From Octopus vulgaris (Eukaryota): a DNA stretch of 64,000 nt. A program made the translations under genes and the position numbers. Within the stretch, counting starts at the first letter, position 1, and each line of letters starts with the position of its first letter. The stretch spans positions 74,524,001-74,588,000 of the forward strand of contig OX597822.1 in assembly GCA_951406725.2 (NCBI GenBank), given 5' to 3'. Positions 63,818 through 64,000 of the stretch are shown here, one piece after another. The notes beneath the pieces are model-generated. The model made no database searches, was not told the DNA's origin, and saw only the letters and a list, made by a program, of their open reading frames with translations.

Positions 63818-64000
63818 GTAAGTGTCAGCCTCACTGATGTGAATATCTTTCTACAGAACATCTTAAACAGTTTTCCGTTATATATACCACTCAACCTGCT
63901 AGAAATAGCATTCAAATCTTCTTCAACAAGCTTAGGAAATGTTTCTCTATTATATATTTTAACCCTTTTGTTATCATATATCTGTTGAGATGCTCTGTAT

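Overview
Eukaryotic, AT-rich genomic DNA dense in microsatellites and SINEs, almost certainly from a coleoid cephalopod (octopus-like). Two spliced protein-coding genes on the + strand can be rebuilt by hand. The first is a complete six-exon dihydrofolate reductase (DHFR, 4100-20547, 185 aa). The second is the first three exons of a squid-type diisopropyl-fluorophosphatase (DFPase, SMP-30/gluconolactonase beta-propeller; 35468 onward, running off the window end). A probable divergent gene starts about 240 bp upstream of DHFR. Most of the rest is tRNA-derived SINEs, RTE/CR1/RLE-type LINE debris, mariner-, piggyBac- and Mutator-like MITEs and Helitron-like elements; almost all ORFs in the supplied track are repeat artefacts. 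The most notable hidden signal is a dense set of minimal type I hammerhead ribozyme motifs (CUGANGA...GAAAC...UH with a palindromic stem III) from about six repeat families with different stem sequences. One lies downstream of a Penelope-like endonuclease remnant, and one family is fused to a tRNA-like Pol III head and arranged as head-to-head inverted copies. A degenerate copy of DFPase exon 2 is also embedded inside a TTAA-flanked MITE in intron 1. All structures were read by eye; no folding or database search was run.
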